Shown: positions 30,888-40,781 of the stretch, one piece after another
Position numbering within the stretch: the stretch's first letter is position 1
Layout: each line of letters begins with the position of its first letter
From: a bacterium
GTDB taxonomy: Bacteria; Sysuimicrobiota; Sysuimicrobiia; Sysuimicrobiales; Humicultoraceae
Assembly (NCBI GenBank): GCA_041497675.1
Contig: JBGQGY010000002.1
Location: 1 to 64,000, forward strand
DNA: 64,000 nt
Direction of reading: 5' to 3'
Program-made: the position numbers and the translations under genes
The notes under the pieces: generated by a model
What the model was told of the DNA's origin: nothing
Seen by the model: only the letters and a program-made list of their open reading frames with translations
The model's database searches: none

Positions 30888-32113
30888 GCGGGGTTCGCGC
30901 GCTCATCGCGGCGTTCCTACTGGCGGGGGCGCTCTTCAGCGCTCCCGCGATCGTTCCGGACGCGCGCGCCGCGGCGCCATCGAAGCGGATCGCGTTCCTG
31001 ATCGATTCGTGGTATCCAATCTCGCACGCCGACGTAATCGGCACGCGGTTCCTCGAGGGCTACCGGATGGGCGATCGGACGTATCCTTCCCCGGTCGGCG
31101 TCGCCTCGGTCCTCACGATTGCCCCGCGACCAACCGACCGCGGCAACGAACTCACCTCGCGCTATGGCATCCGTCTTGCGGGGTCGGTGGCCGAGGCGCT
31201 GCTCGACGATCCGCGGGCTGCGCAACCGAAGCTGGCCGTGGATGGCGTACTGCTCGCGGTACGCACCCCGCTGCCCGCGACAACTCCGGCGGAGCCCTCC
31301 GGACAGTTCCGGCTCTTCAGGGACACGATGACGGTCTTCGATCGCGCAGGCAGCCGCGTGCCGGTCTTCGTCGACAAGAACCTGGCCGCGACGTGGCAGG
31401 AGAGTCAGACGATCATGACCGAGGGCGCAAAGCGGGGCGTGCCGTTGATGGCCGGGTCCGTCGTCCCATGGGTGCCCCTTGAGCCGTCGCTGCCGGTGGG
31501 ACGCAAGCCGCTCGTGGCGGTCGCCGTGGCCGCGGCGCCGTACGACCTGTACGCCATCCACGTCGCCGATCTCTTGCAGGCAGTCGTCGAGACGCGCGGC
31601 GCGAGGGAGACAGGGGTCGCGTGGGTGCGGGAGGTGGGTCGGGGCTTCTGGTCGATGCCGGACGGGAACCAGTGGGGGCGCGACGTCCTGGACACGCTGT
31701 TGACCACCGCGCGGACGCGGCGGTCCTACGCGCCGAGGATTCCCGACGGACTGACAGACGACGTCTATGTGGTCTTAGTGCAGTATGTCGATGGGATGAG
31801 GGGCGTTGTCGCGTTGATGACGCGCCAGTTCGATGACGCGGAGTTTCGCGTGGGGATCCGCTACGAGGGGCAGGTGGCGCCGTACATCGGTGGGCTGGTG
31901 CTCGGCGGGGCCCCGTACGATCACTTCGGCTATCTCGCTCACGCGCTCGTGCAATTCTACACGACCGGTAAGCCTGTCGCGCCGGCCGACCGGACGCTGC
32001 TGAGTACGGGGATCAGCCTGATGGGCATGCAGTCACGCCAAACGGGAGGGCAAACGATCTCGTCCCCAACGCTTGGCGTGAGCTACGCGGTGTTCAATAC
32101 GTTTAGCCGCTAG
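30884..32113 (+). CDS. Secreted protein, remote Gfo/Idh/MocA-like oxidoreductase fold
   Basis: Signal peptide (ARA-A); SHADVIG, LAVDGVLL, PVFVDKNL, PLMAGS; start overlaps the upstream stop. Confidence 0.6.
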   Translation: MSGVRALIAAFLLAGALFSAPAIVPDARAAAPSKRIAFLIDSWYPISHADVIGTRFLEGYRMGDRTYPSPVGVASVLTIAPRPTDRGNELTSRYGIRLAGSVAEALLDDPRAAQPKLAVDGVLLAVRTPLPATTPAEPSGQFRLFRDTMTVFDRAGSRVPVFVDKNLAATWQESQTIMTEGAKRGVPLMAGSVVPWVPLEPSLPVGRKPLVAVAVAAAPYDLYAIHVADLLQAVVETRGARETGVAWVREVGRGFWSMPDGNQWGRDVLDTLLTTARTRRSYAPRIPDGLTDDVYVVLVQYVDGMRGVVALMTRQFDDAEFRVGIRYEGQVAPYIGGLVLGGAPYDHFGYLAHALVQFYTTGKPVAPADRTLLSTGISLMGMQSRQTGGQTISSPTLGVSYAVFNTFSR

Positions 32114-32127
32114 CCGGCCACCTTCGC

Positions 32128-33783
32128 TTACTTCGCCAGCGCGTACAAGTGGTAGTGCTCGTCCGCGTATTCGGTCTTCCAACCGGCGCAGCCCTCGAGC
32201 CCGCCGCCTCTCAGGATGACGTGGGTGACCCCGTACCCGGAGGATAGCTCCTTGAGGAGGCGGCAACGCTCTTCCGGGGAGGGCTGGACGGGTGTCGGAG
32301 CCGGGGCCTGCCGTGGCGCGCGGCCGGTCCGACGGCCTTCGCGCTGGTAGCGGAAGTCATCCTCCGCGTTCGCCTCGACCTCACCGTAGAACGCCTGCGC
32401 CAGGTGCAACCGCTTGTACCATTCCATCACCCCGACGTCATCGTAAGGGATGACCGAATGTTCCATAAAAGCCGGGGCACCAGTATAGAGCCGAAACGTG
32501 CGCCAGTTCGGCGGAATGAGATAAGTTTGACCAGGCACTCCCGTGCGTTTGACGTGCCGCATGACGGTGGGTATCCGCCTCGCGTCCAGGGCAAACCGCG
32601 CTCTGGTCTCAAGCACTCCGGCGATGCAGAACAATACCAGGACGCCCACGCTCGCCACAACGAGGGCCTGCCCCGCAGCCGCGCCGGTTTCGAGCCGGCT
32701 GACCACGAGGGACACGGCGTATCCGAGGATGATCAGGGTCGCGAGCGGCACGGTGAAGGCCGACATCCGCCAGGGAAGGAGTGCGGCGAGCGTGTTGTTG
32801 TATCGGACGGCCTGCGCCGCCGTCAGCACCGCCGTGGTGAGAAACGACCCCAGGAGAATCCAGAAAAAATCGGTCTTCCGAACAAGATAGAGGGCAGCCA
32901 CGATCAGCGCGACCTTGATGTAGACCGCCCCACCCAGCCATAGCGACGGCACCGAGGGCGGATAGTACGCGACCCGCCAGAGGATATTCTGCGCTTCCTT
33001 CCAGAGCGCGGGATTCGTCGGGCCGAACGCCAGATAGGAATACGCCAGCACCGGCAGGATGAGCACGAACGCCAGGAGACCCAACCCGATTGCCGGCCGT
33101 ACTCCCTTCCCGCGCCGGATCATGATGGCCATGTAGGTGAGTGTGAGCACTGCCGAGCAGAGGACGTAACTGGGTTGGAATATCGATGCGATCGTAGACG
33201 TCGTGATGGCCCATACCGGCCGGCCGCGCATGAACAGGTAGATCGAGAGCAACAGAAACGCCCCAAAGGTGCCCGGGTTCAGCATGTCCCCCAGGATGCG
33301 TTTCTCGCCGATGCCCTCCAGCAACAGGATCCGGCCGATGTTGAAGTGGTGCGGTGACGAGGTGAGCGGCAGGCGAAGGCCCATGCGGACGAGGTAGCCA
33401 AATACCGGCGAGTGGAGCGCGACCATCAGGGTCACAAAGATGAGAAACGTCGCGCGCGTGCGGTGGATGGGAACGAGCTGCGAGATGATACCAATCATAG
33501 AGAACGCGTAGACGCCAGCCAGCACGAGGAAGTACAGATACACGAGGCGCAGACTCAGATATCGCTGCGTAAATTCGACCAGCCCGGAGAACACGGGCCA
33601 CGGATCCGGCGTCTGAGCGAACCAGTCGGCGCGCAGCAGGCCATAACCCGCCTTGGCCAACCCCTGGAAGAAGTATTGATTCTGCGTGTGATAAAAGAGC
33701 GCGTACTGCGCATAGGCGACGGCGAACGCCGCCGCCGCAAAGAGCACATACGACCGGGGCACCGGCCGTGACACGTCGACCAT
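32128..33783 (-). CDS. Polytopic membrane protein, DUF6798-like (possible GT-C fold)
   Basis: TQNQYF.QGLA..G.GLLRADW, PWR, YLIPP..FRLYTGAP, PY.D..EW; about 11 TM segments. Confidence 0.65.
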   Translation of the reverse strand: MVDVSRPVPRSYVLFAAAAFAVAYAQYALFYHTQNQYFFQGLAKAGYGLLRADWFAQTPDPWPVFSGLVEFTQRYLSLRLVYLYFLVLAGVYAFSMIGIISQLVPIHRTRATFLIFVTLMVALHSPVFGYLVRMGLRLPLTSSPHHFNIGRILLLEGIGEKRILGDMLNPGTFGAFLLLSIYLFMRGRPVWAITTSTIASIFQPSYVLCSAVLTLTYMAIMIRRGKGVRPAIGLGLLAFVLILPVLAYSYLAFGPTNPALWKEAQNILWRVAYYPPSVPSLWLGGAVYIKVALIVAALYLVRKTDFFWILLGSFLTTAVLTAAQAVRYNNTLAALLPWRMSAFTVPLATLIILGYAVSLVVSRLETGAAAGQALVVASVGVLVLFCIAGVLETRARFALDARRIPTVMRHVKRTGVPGQTYLIPPNWRTFRLYTGAPAFMEHSVIPYDDVGVMEWYKRLHLAQAFYGEVEANAEDDFRYQREGRRTGRAPRQAPAPTPVQPSPEERCRLLKELSSGYGVTHVILRGGGLEGCAGWKTEYADEHYHLYALAK

Positions 33784-33803
33784 GAGATCCTCCTGGCGCG
33801 CTG

Positions 33804-35117
33804 TTAGAACGTGATCTCTTGCAGTTCGCGGAAGCGGCCCGAACGTAATGGTTGCCCGTCACTTGCCTGCGCGAGCTCGCTGAAGTTGTCGCTCCTGGTG
33901 GTCACGACGGACACCACGTACATCAGTTCCTGCTCTATCTGACTCTGGAACTGCACCGCCAGCCTGGCCAAGTCGCTGGCATCGCCGACACCCTGATAGC
34001 GTGGCAGCGCGAGCGAACGGGACACCTCCAGGCGACCCAAGAAGTGACTGGCATATATCGCCTGGTTTCGCGCCGTCTGGCGGGGATTCTTGAACGACCG
34101 GTCGATGGCCCACGTGGCCATGAATGCCGAGTACATGCCCAGTACGACTCCAATCGAGAATATCGGGTCGACAAATGCGGCCGCGTCGCCCGTCAGAAAG
34201 AACCCAGGGCCCGAGAGCTGCGCGGGACGATAGGAGTAATCGCGGATCATACGCGTGCTGCCCTCACAGAAGGTCGCGTGCTCGAGCAGCCGGTCAAGAT
34301 ACTGTGTCTCATAGCACTTACGCAAGAAGTATTCCTCGAGCCCCTTGTCTGTGGCCTTGATACGCTTCAGGTGGTCGATCGGCACCACCAGACCGACACT
34401 CGTGCTCTCGCGCAGAGGGATATGCCACGACCACCCCCACTCACCCAATTCCCCGACGGATGAGATAAATGTTGTGGGTGGGATCTGGCGGACGTGTTCG
34501 AACCCGTGCGCGCGACCGCCCGCGGCGACGTACTTCGATCCGGTGAAATACCCCCACACGCTCATGAAGCGAAACCCCTCGTCGATCACACGCATGCCGA
34601 GCTGTTTGGCGATGACGGCCCCCTGTCCGCTGGCATCGATCACGAATCGGCAGGCGATCCTGTCCGTTGCCTCGTCATCGGCCGCGCGGTACGCGACCGT
34701 GACGCGCTCGCCCCCGTTGAGGTCGACTTTGGTCGCCGACACGTCCTCAAACACCTGCGCGCCCTGTTCGCGGCTGTGCTCCAGCAGGATCTGGTCGAAC
34801 CGATCACGCTCGACGTGCAGGGCCGGTCGCGTGTAGCCGAAGTCGGCGAAAGCGAGCTGTCGAATCACCCCGTGCCAAGCGTGCGTCCCACCGGCTTTCT
34901 TGATGAAGTCTTCTTCCTCAATTTTCTTCGTCGCGCCGAGCATGTCCGTATACTTCCAAAAGTGCGGGATGAGGCTCTCGCCGACGACATAGCGAGGGTG
35001 CCGGCGCTTCTCCAGCAGCACAACATCGTACCCCTTTTGCCGCAGCAGCGTTGCCGCTGTGCTGCCGGCCGGCCCGCCGCCAATAACAACAACGTCGCAC
35101 TCTCGCGGTATGCGCAT
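33804..35117 (-). CDS. Flavin-dependent halogenase (PltA-like, carrier-protein-dependent class)
   Basis: GGGPAG, VGESLIP, FIKKAG (catalytic Lys position), WSWHIP (WxWxIP), GDAAAFVDPIFSIGV. Confidence 0.8.
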   Translation of the reverse strand: MRIPRECDVVVIGGGPAGSTAATLLRQKGYDVVLLEKRRHPRYVVGESLIPHFWKYTDMLGATKKIEEEDFIKKAGGTHAWHGVIRQLAFADFGYTRPALHVERDRFDQILLEHSREQGAQVFEDVSATKVDLNGGERVTVAYRAADDEATDRIACRFVIDASGQGAVIAKQLGMRVIDEGFRFMSVWGYFTGSKYVAAGGRAHGFEHVRQIPPTTFISSVGELGEWGWSWHIPLRESTSVGLVVPIDHLKRIKATDKGLEEYFLRKCYETQYLDRLLEHATFCEGSTRMIRDYSYRPAQLSGPGFFLTGDAAAFVDPIFSIGVVLGMYSAFMATWAIDRSFKNPRQTARNQAIYASHFLGRLEVSRSLALPRYQGVGDASDLARLAVQFQSQIEQELMYVVSVVTTRSDNFSELAQASDGQPLRSGRFRELQEITF

Positions 35118-35162
35118 TGGGAACCCTCTCGGATTCGTGACGACTGACGTTGACCTTTGCTC

Positions 35163-36116
35163 TTAGTCTTTGATTGAGGACTGAACCCACTTGATGGTGA
35201 GGTCGAGGACGTTGTCTTGCACGTCGAGGCTGGTGAGATTGTTCGGCATGCCCTCGATGGGCGCCAGGGTAATCCGGTCACCGGCCTGATCGAACAGCTC
35301 GCGATATGTTCCGGTCTGGAGCTGCACGAAATCCCGATACATCGATGACCCGCGGCCGTAGACGAACATCACCGGCACGCCGCGGGACACCAAAGCACGG
35401 AGCGAGTCAACCACCGACTTCGAGAGCCACTCGGTTTCCGCGCCACCGTTTCTCCGACGCCTGAACAGTTGGCCCGCCGCGAGGTGGAGTTTTCGCATCC
35501 ACCGTTGGCGGCGGCGCGGGTCGCGCATCCCCCGCAGGATCCGCGTCCAGGCGCCGTGCCGCGCGGCATTCCGCACGTCGTCCAACGCCCACCGGTTCAC
35601 GGCCTGCTCGGTCTGGCCGCGCTCGTGGAGAGGCGGTGAGATCAACGCCACGCCGAGAAGGTTGCGGGCGTGCTGAACGCCCAGCAGCGCGGTCCGAGCC
35701 CCGAAGCACCGGCCGATCAGGACGACCTTGTCGAGCCCGCGCCGGTGAAGTTCCTCGATTGCCCCATGCAGGTCCTGACCGAATGGCTCTTCGTTTGTCG
35801 CGAGCGTGATCACGGCGTGCTTGAGCGCGCTCCCACTCGAGGGCCCGCTGCTTTCACCGAACCCGCGATAGTCAAAACGTAGCACGTGGAATCCCAGCGC
35901 GGCGAGGCGCCGGGCCAGACGTGGTTGAACGCGGTTTCGGTCCGACGTCGCGTTGAGCAGCACAACACCGATCCCACGAGGGGGCCCCAGGGGCTCCGTC
36001 AAGATCCCAAAGGCCCGGTCATCTGCCACCGGAAACCGCACGGGGATCTCCGTGCGGCTGATCGCTTCGGCCTCAATCAACTGATCGTGCGGTGTTGCCG
36101 TGCTCGCGTTCGCCAT
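35163..36116 (-). CDS. Alpha/beta hydrolase, exosortase-associated hydrolase 1-like (Cys at the elbow)
   Basis: RLARRLAALGFHVLRFDYRGFGES.G; GRCFG elbow. Confidence 0.7.
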   Translation of the reverse strand: MANASTATPHDQLIEAEAISRTEIPVRFPVADDRAFGILTEPLGPPRGIGVVLLNATSDRNRVQPRLARRLAALGFHVLRFDYRGFGESSGPSSGSALKHAVITLATNEEPFGQDLHGAIEELHRRGLDKVVLIGRCFGARTALLGVQHARNLLGVALISPPLHERGQTEQAVNRWALDDVRNAARHGAWTRILRGMRDPRRRQRWMRKLHLAAGQLFRRRRNGGAETEWLSKSVVDSLRALVSRGVPVMFVYGRGSSMYRDFVQLQTGTYRELFDQAGDRITLAPIEGMPNNLTSLDVQDNVLDLTIKWVQSSIKD

Positions 36117-36143
36117 GATGCAGACCCCTCAAGAGTAGAATGC

Positions 36144-37667
36144 TTACGCCTGCTCCGCCGCACGCCGCCTCGGACTTCGCCGGCCGGGGACCACTTCGCG
36201 GATTGCGCGGACCAACCCGCGAATAACCTGCGGGTCGATCAGCCACAGCGCGGCGGCGTAGGTCACGGCTCCGGCCGCAATCAGGATGATCAACACGACG
36301 ACTTCGGGCAAGTGGGCATGGCCCTCAAGCACCCACATCAGCGTGGCCACAACGGCGGCCATGATCGTGCATCCGATGACCGTCGCGTTCAGGGCGGCCC
36401 ACACATCCCTAACGGTCATGCCGATCGCCTGGGACACGTAGCGATAGACGATCGGCATCAACGCGATGGTGGCGACCAGATAGCCTGCGGCGACGCCGAT
36501 GATTCCCCAATGGAGCCCGACGACGAACGCCGGCAGGTAGAGGCCGACGGAAAACATGGACAGACGCAGGCGCAGACCCGGCTTGCCGGTGGCCTCCAGC
36601 CCTGTCGGCCAGAACGTCGTCAGCAGGCGCAGGAACCCGGCGATGGTCAGCACCCGGATGACCGGCACAGCCGGCAGCCACTTCGCGCTAAACACCACAC
36701 TCACGGCCAGCGGGGCGACGAGGGCCAGACCGACCAGCATCGGCAACGTCACCATCGTCACATACTGGGTGGCGCGCATGAAAGCGTTTTTGAAACGCAC
36801 CGCGTCGTCCTGTAGCCTGGACAGGGCTGGGAAGAACACCCGGTTGAGCAACCCGATGTCGTTGAGCGGCGCCAGAAAGACGGAATAGCCAAACGTGTAG
36901 TAGCCCAACGCCGTCGCCCCCAGATACCGGCCGACGAGCAAGTTGTCCATTTGCCGCACGAAGTAGTCGAACAGGGACGCCCCCTGCAGCCGGCCGCCAA
37001 AGGACCAGAGTTCAAGAAACTTCGAACGGACAAACACGAACCGCGGCCTCCAGCCGGTAGCGCGCCAGAGCAGAAGGGTCCCGGAGGCGTACATCGTGAG
37101 CTCCTGACCGACGAAGCTCCACACGCCCATACCGCGGTACGCCATCGAGATCCCGACCACACCGCCGACCAGCGTCGCCGCCATCGAGCGAAAGGCCAGC
37201 AACCGGTAGTCCATGCGCCGGGACACGATGGCCATCTGCATGGATGCGCCCGAGATGATCAAGAAACTCAGGGACAGCACCGACAGCACGCGACCGACCA
37301 GCGGATCGCCAAGCCAGCGCCCGACGAGGATGCCTGCGAGGGCGCCGAACGCCGCAAGGATGACGCCGAGCGTCACGCTTGCCCAGAAGCCTGTGGACAG
37401 ATACTCGTCGTCGATCTCCCGGCGCTGAATGATTGCTGAACCCATCCCCATGCTCCCGATGATGCGGAGGAACGTGAGGAAGACCGCGGCCAGCGCAAAG
37501 ACGCCGTAGTCCTTTGGGAGCAACAGGCGCGCCAGGACGACCGCAAAGATCTGGTCAACGACCCGGCGCCCGAATTGATCACCGCCGAACCACAGGATCC
37601 CACGCATTGTCGCCGCGCGAAGCCGATGCAACGGCACGCCGGCGGCGGTGGTTATCTGTTCAGACAT
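36144..37667 (-). CDS. Wzx-type flippase (WzxC/PST family)
   Basis: LARLLLPKDYG, AIIQR, DNLLVGRYLGATALGYY, FFPALSRLQDD; about 12 TM segments. Confidence 0.92.
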   Translation of the reverse strand: MSEQITTAAGVPLHRLRAATMRGILWFGGDQFGRRVVDQIFAVVLARLLLPKDYGVFALAAVFLTFLRIIGSMGMGSAIIQRREIDDEYLSTGFWASVTLGVILAAFGALAGILVGRWLGDPLVGRVLSVLSLSFLIISGASMQMAIVSRRMDYRLLAFRSMAATLVGGVVGISMAYRGMGVWSFVGQELTMYASGTLLLWRATGWRPRFVFVRSKFLELWSFGGRLQGASLFDYFVRQMDNLLVGRYLGATALGYYTFGYSVFLAPLNDIGLLNRVFFPALSRLQDDAVRFKNAFMRATQYVTMVTLPMLVGLALVAPLAVSVVFSAKWLPAVPVIRVLTIAGFLRLLTTFWPTGLEATGKPGLRLRLSMFSVGLYLPAFVVGLHWGIIGVAAGYLVATIALMPIVYRYVSQAIGMTVRDVWAALNATVIGCTIMAAVVATLMWVLEGHAHLPEVVVLIILIAAGAVTYAAALWLIDPQVIRGLVRAIREVVPGRRSPRRRAAEQA

Positions 37668-37698
37668 TGGTGTAGGTTCTGTCCGGCTGGGAGCTCAA

Positions 37699-37965
37699 TC
37701 AGGCGCCCGCGCGGCCGCGGTCGAGCATCTTCTTGTCGACCAGGCTCGCAATCGACGCAATCGTGCCAAAATTCGCCGGAACGAGTTCCTCGTCGGCTAG
37801 CTCGATCCCAAATTGCTGTTCCACGAAGGACACGAGCATCAGCAGACCCATGGAGTCGACCACGTGATTCTCGATCAACCCAAATTCGGGCGTCAACGCG
37901 CCCTTTGTCTCATCCCAGTGCAGTTCACTCAAGAGAAAGTTTCTCACCGTCACGGCTGTTGTCAC
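37699..37965 (-). CDS. Standalone acyl/peptidyl carrier protein
   Basis: VVDSMGL phosphopantetheine Ser motif, FVEQQFGI, PANFGTI; strong AAGGAGG RBS. Confidence 0.9.
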   Translation of the reverse strand: MTTAVTVRNFLLSELHWDETKGALTPEFGLIENHVVDSMGLLMLVSFVEQQFGIELADEELVPANFGTIASIASLVDKKMLDRGRAGA

Positions 37966-38018
37966 CTAGCTGTCCTCCTTCTGGAAACCCGGCTTTTTGT
38001 GGTTCACCAGCCCGCACA

Positions 38019-39614
38019 TTATGTGCGGTTGGGGACCGTTGACGCCGGCGCCGCCAGAGCGGTCCGGTCGGTCTTGCCCGTCGACGTCTTGGGTAGGGCC
38101 GGCACAAACTCAAAGATCTCCGGCAGCATGTATCGGGGCAGCAGCCCGGCGCAGAACTTCGTCAGGTCGCCGTCGTCCACGGCCGGGTTGTTCGTCACGA
38201 CGAAGGCCTTGATCCGACTACCCACCACATCGTCCGGGATGGCGATGACGGCGCATTCGGCCACGGCCGGGTGCGCGGAGAGCGCCGACTCGATGTCGCC
38301 CAACTCGATGCGGTACCCCCGACTCTTGATCTGGTGATCCCGGCGCCCCAGAAAGATGGTGTGGCCGTCCGCACGTCGCCGGACCAGGTCGCCCGTCCGA
38401 TAGACTCGGCCTTTCATCGGTCCTGACGGATTCTGCAGGAACGCCCGGGTCGTGCGCTCCGTATCCCCCCAATAGCCCTGCGCCACCGTGTCGCCCCGCA
38501 CCTGGAGTTCACCGACCTCCCCGTCGGCCATCGGCTGTCCCGACTCGCCGACCACAAACACGTCGACGCCGCCGATGGGCACACCGATAGGAATAGACTC
38601 GGTCTGGTCTGCCGGCAAGAGCGGTACCGGGTAATACGTGCAGACGTTGGTCTCCGTCGGCCCATAGAGGTTGGTGAACACCGCGTGCGGTACCAACCCC
38701 ATCAGCGCCCGCAGGTGTTTGGTCGGGAACACCTCACCCGCAAAGATCAGGTGCCGGAGCGTGCGCAACCGCCCAACGGTCAGGTTGCCGCGCAGCACCA
38801 GAAGCGTCAGCACGGAGGGTACCGAGTACCACATCGTGATGCCGCGGTCCTCGATGAACCTGGCCAGCTGCACCGGAAAGACCGAGATCTCGGGAGGGAC
38901 GATGGCCAGGGCCGCTCCGGCCATCGCCGCCGCGAAGATATCGAGGATCGTCAGATCGAAGTGCAGCGGCGCATGATTCGAGAACACGTCCTCGGGCGTC
39001 CCGCCAAAGTAATCATGACACCACCCAACAAACGCCAGCGCGTTTCGGTGCGACAGCATCACGCCCTTCGGTTGTCCCGTCGATCCCGACGTGTACAGGA
39101 TATAGGCCAGGTCGCCGCTGCTGCCCTCGACGGTGTGCGCGGCGGTCGGCGCGGCTTCCAGCGCATCGGTCCCCAGGCACCGTACGCCTTCCGGTGTAGC
39201 GCCTTCGTCACCTCGGGCGTCCAGGACGACCAGGTGCTGGAGCGGGGCACCCGCGCCTACGAGCCCGCTCCACTCTCGAGATTTCTCCCGATGCGTCACC
39301 AGGCAGCGGACTCCACAGTCGCGGGTAATATACCCCAGACGCTGGGCCGGGGCGGCCGGGTCCAGCGGTACATAGGCGGCACCGGCCTTGAGGATGCCGT
39401 AGATGCCCACGATGGCCTCGTTACATTTGTTCAAGAAGAGGCCGACGCGATCGCCCGGGCGGATTCCGGCTTCGCGCAGCGCAAACGCCAGTTGATCGGC
39501 GCGACGGTCGAGCTGCGCGTACGTCATGACCCCGCGTGTATCCCGCAGCGCAATGCGACCCGGGAATCGGTTCGCGGCCTCCGCAACGAGGTGGGGCAAC
39601 AGCACCGCGTTCAC
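38019..39614 (-). CDS. Standalone amino-acid adenylation enzyme, probable L-prolyl-AMP ligase (PltF/RedM-like)
   Basis: YTSGSTGQPKG, FDL, NLYGPTETNVC, YRTGD, RGYRIELGDIE, TGK; specificity code read by eye as DLLYIALVCK. Confidence 0.85.
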   Translation of the reverse strand: MNAVLLPHLVAEAANRFPGRIALRDTRGVMTYAQLDRRADQLAFALREAGIRPGDRVGLFLNKCNEAIVGIYGILKAGAAYVPLDPAAPAQRLGYITRDCGVRCLVTHREKSREWSGLVGAGAPLQHLVVLDARGDEGATPEGVRCLGTDALEAAPTAAHTVEGSSGDLAYILYTSGSTGQPKGVMLSHRNALAFVGWCHDYFGGTPEDVFSNHAPLHFDLTILDIFAAAMAGAALAIVPPEISVFPVQLARFIEDRGITMWYSVPSVLTLLVLRGNLTVGRLRTLRHLIFAGEVFPTKHLRALMGLVPHAVFTNLYGPTETNVCTYYPVPLLPADQTESIPIGVPIGGVDVFVVGESGQPMADGEVGELQVRGDTVAQGYWGDTERTTRAFLQNPSGPMKGRVYRTGDLVRRRADGHTIFLGRRDHQIKSRGYRIELGDIESALSAHPAVAECAVIAIPDDVVGSRIKAFVVTNNPAVDDGDLTKFCAGLLPRYMLPEIFEFVPALPKTSTGKTDRTALAAPASTVPNRT

Positions 39615-40756
39615 AGCCCGAGGCCTCCGGCGATGATGTTCCGCTGGATCTCCGACGTCCCCGAGTACAGCCGGCTTCCAACGGCGTCGCGAAGTTCGCG
39701 TTCCAATTCGTACTCGGCCGTGTATCCGTATCCGCCGTGAATCTGCACCGCGTCGAGGCTGGATTCCACAAAACATTCGCTCAAATAGAGCTTAACCATC
39801 GCCGATTCCATCGCCGTGCGTTTGCCCTGAGTCTTCAACCAGCCTACCTTGTACAGCAAGAGCCGCGCGGTCTCGAGCCGGACCTTCATGTCGGCGATCC
39901 GGTGCGCCACGGCCTGAAACTTGCCGATAGGCTGACCAAACTGTGTCCGCTCCTTCGCGTGCGCGACGCACCGTTCGAGCTGCCGCTGCATCGTCCCTAC
40001 CGCCGTCGCGAGTATGCAGGTACGCTCCCAGTCCATCGACGTGTTGAAGATCGTCGAGCCGGCGCCTGGAGCACCCAGCAGGTTCTCATCGGGAACCTCG
40101 CAACCGTCCAGGGCCAGCTCGCCCATCGGGGATGTTCGGAGTCCCATCTTGTGTATCTGACCGGCTACCGACAGACCCGGTGTCTGCCGCTCCACAATGA
40201 AGGCCGAGAGCCCGGCAAATCCCATCGCTGGATCAGTCCGGGCAAATACGAGAAAGACATCGGCGACGGGAGCATTCGTGATGAACGTCTTGCTGCCGGC
40301 GATCACATACCCACCGCTCGTCTTACGGGCCGTGGCACGAAGGCTGAATGCGTCCGAGCCGGACATCGGTTCGGTCATGGCCTGGACGCCGATCATGGTC
40401 CCGTCGCACAGCCGGGGTAAGTAACGCTCCTTTTGGTCTTCTCGCCCGAACTTCCACAAAGGGAGCTGAAAACTCCACATCTGCGCGTTGAGGGAGAATA
40501 ACAGCCCGTTGTCTCTGCACGCGTATCCAAGCGCTTCCAGCGCGATCAGCGTCGTCAACGGGTCCAGACCGCCACCGCCATAGGCCTCAGGAAACGGCAA
40601 CCCTTGAATCCCAAATGTGCCGCATTTCTCCCACAGCGCGCGCGAAAAATCGCCGTGCAGATCACGTGTCAACAGGTCGTCACGCAGTTCGCGCTCGGCG
40701 AACCGTGTCACGGCCTGCTGAAGCTGCTCTTGGTCTTTGGTCAGCGAGAAGTCCAT
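39611..40756 (-). CDS. Acyl-CoA dehydrogenase family, probable prolyl-carrier dehydrogenase (PltE/RedW-like)
   Basis: TEPMSGSD, GSKTFITNAP.AD, KMGLRTSP, QFGQPIGKFQAV, IHGGYGY, YSGTSEIQR; stop overlaps the A-domain start. Confidence 0.85.
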   Translation of the reverse strand: MDFSLTKDQEQLQQAVTRFAERELRDDLLTRDLHGDFSRALWEKCGTFGIQGLPFPEAYGGGGLDPLTTLIALEALGYACRDNGLLFSLNAQMWSFQLPLWKFGREDQKERYLPRLCDGTMIGVQAMTEPMSGSDAFSLRATARKTSGGYVIAGSKTFITNAPVADVFLVFARTDPAMGFAGLSAFIVERQTPGLSVAGQIHKMGLRTSPMGELALDGCEVPDENLLGAPGAGSTIFNTSMDWERTCILATAVGTMQRQLERCVAHAKERTQFGQPIGKFQAVAHRIADMKVRLETARLLLYKVGWLKTQGKRTAMESAMVKLYLSECFVESSLDAVQIHGGYGYTAEYELERELRDAVGSRLYSGTSEIQRNIIAGGLGL

Positions 40757-40781
40757 CGACGCAAACGCTCCATGTCCTGCA

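Noticed and set aside
37699..39614. dltA/dltC teichoic-acid D-alanylation genes
   Set aside because: No DltB MBOAT; the specificity code and coupled dehydrogenase fit proline-to-pyrrole chemistry better
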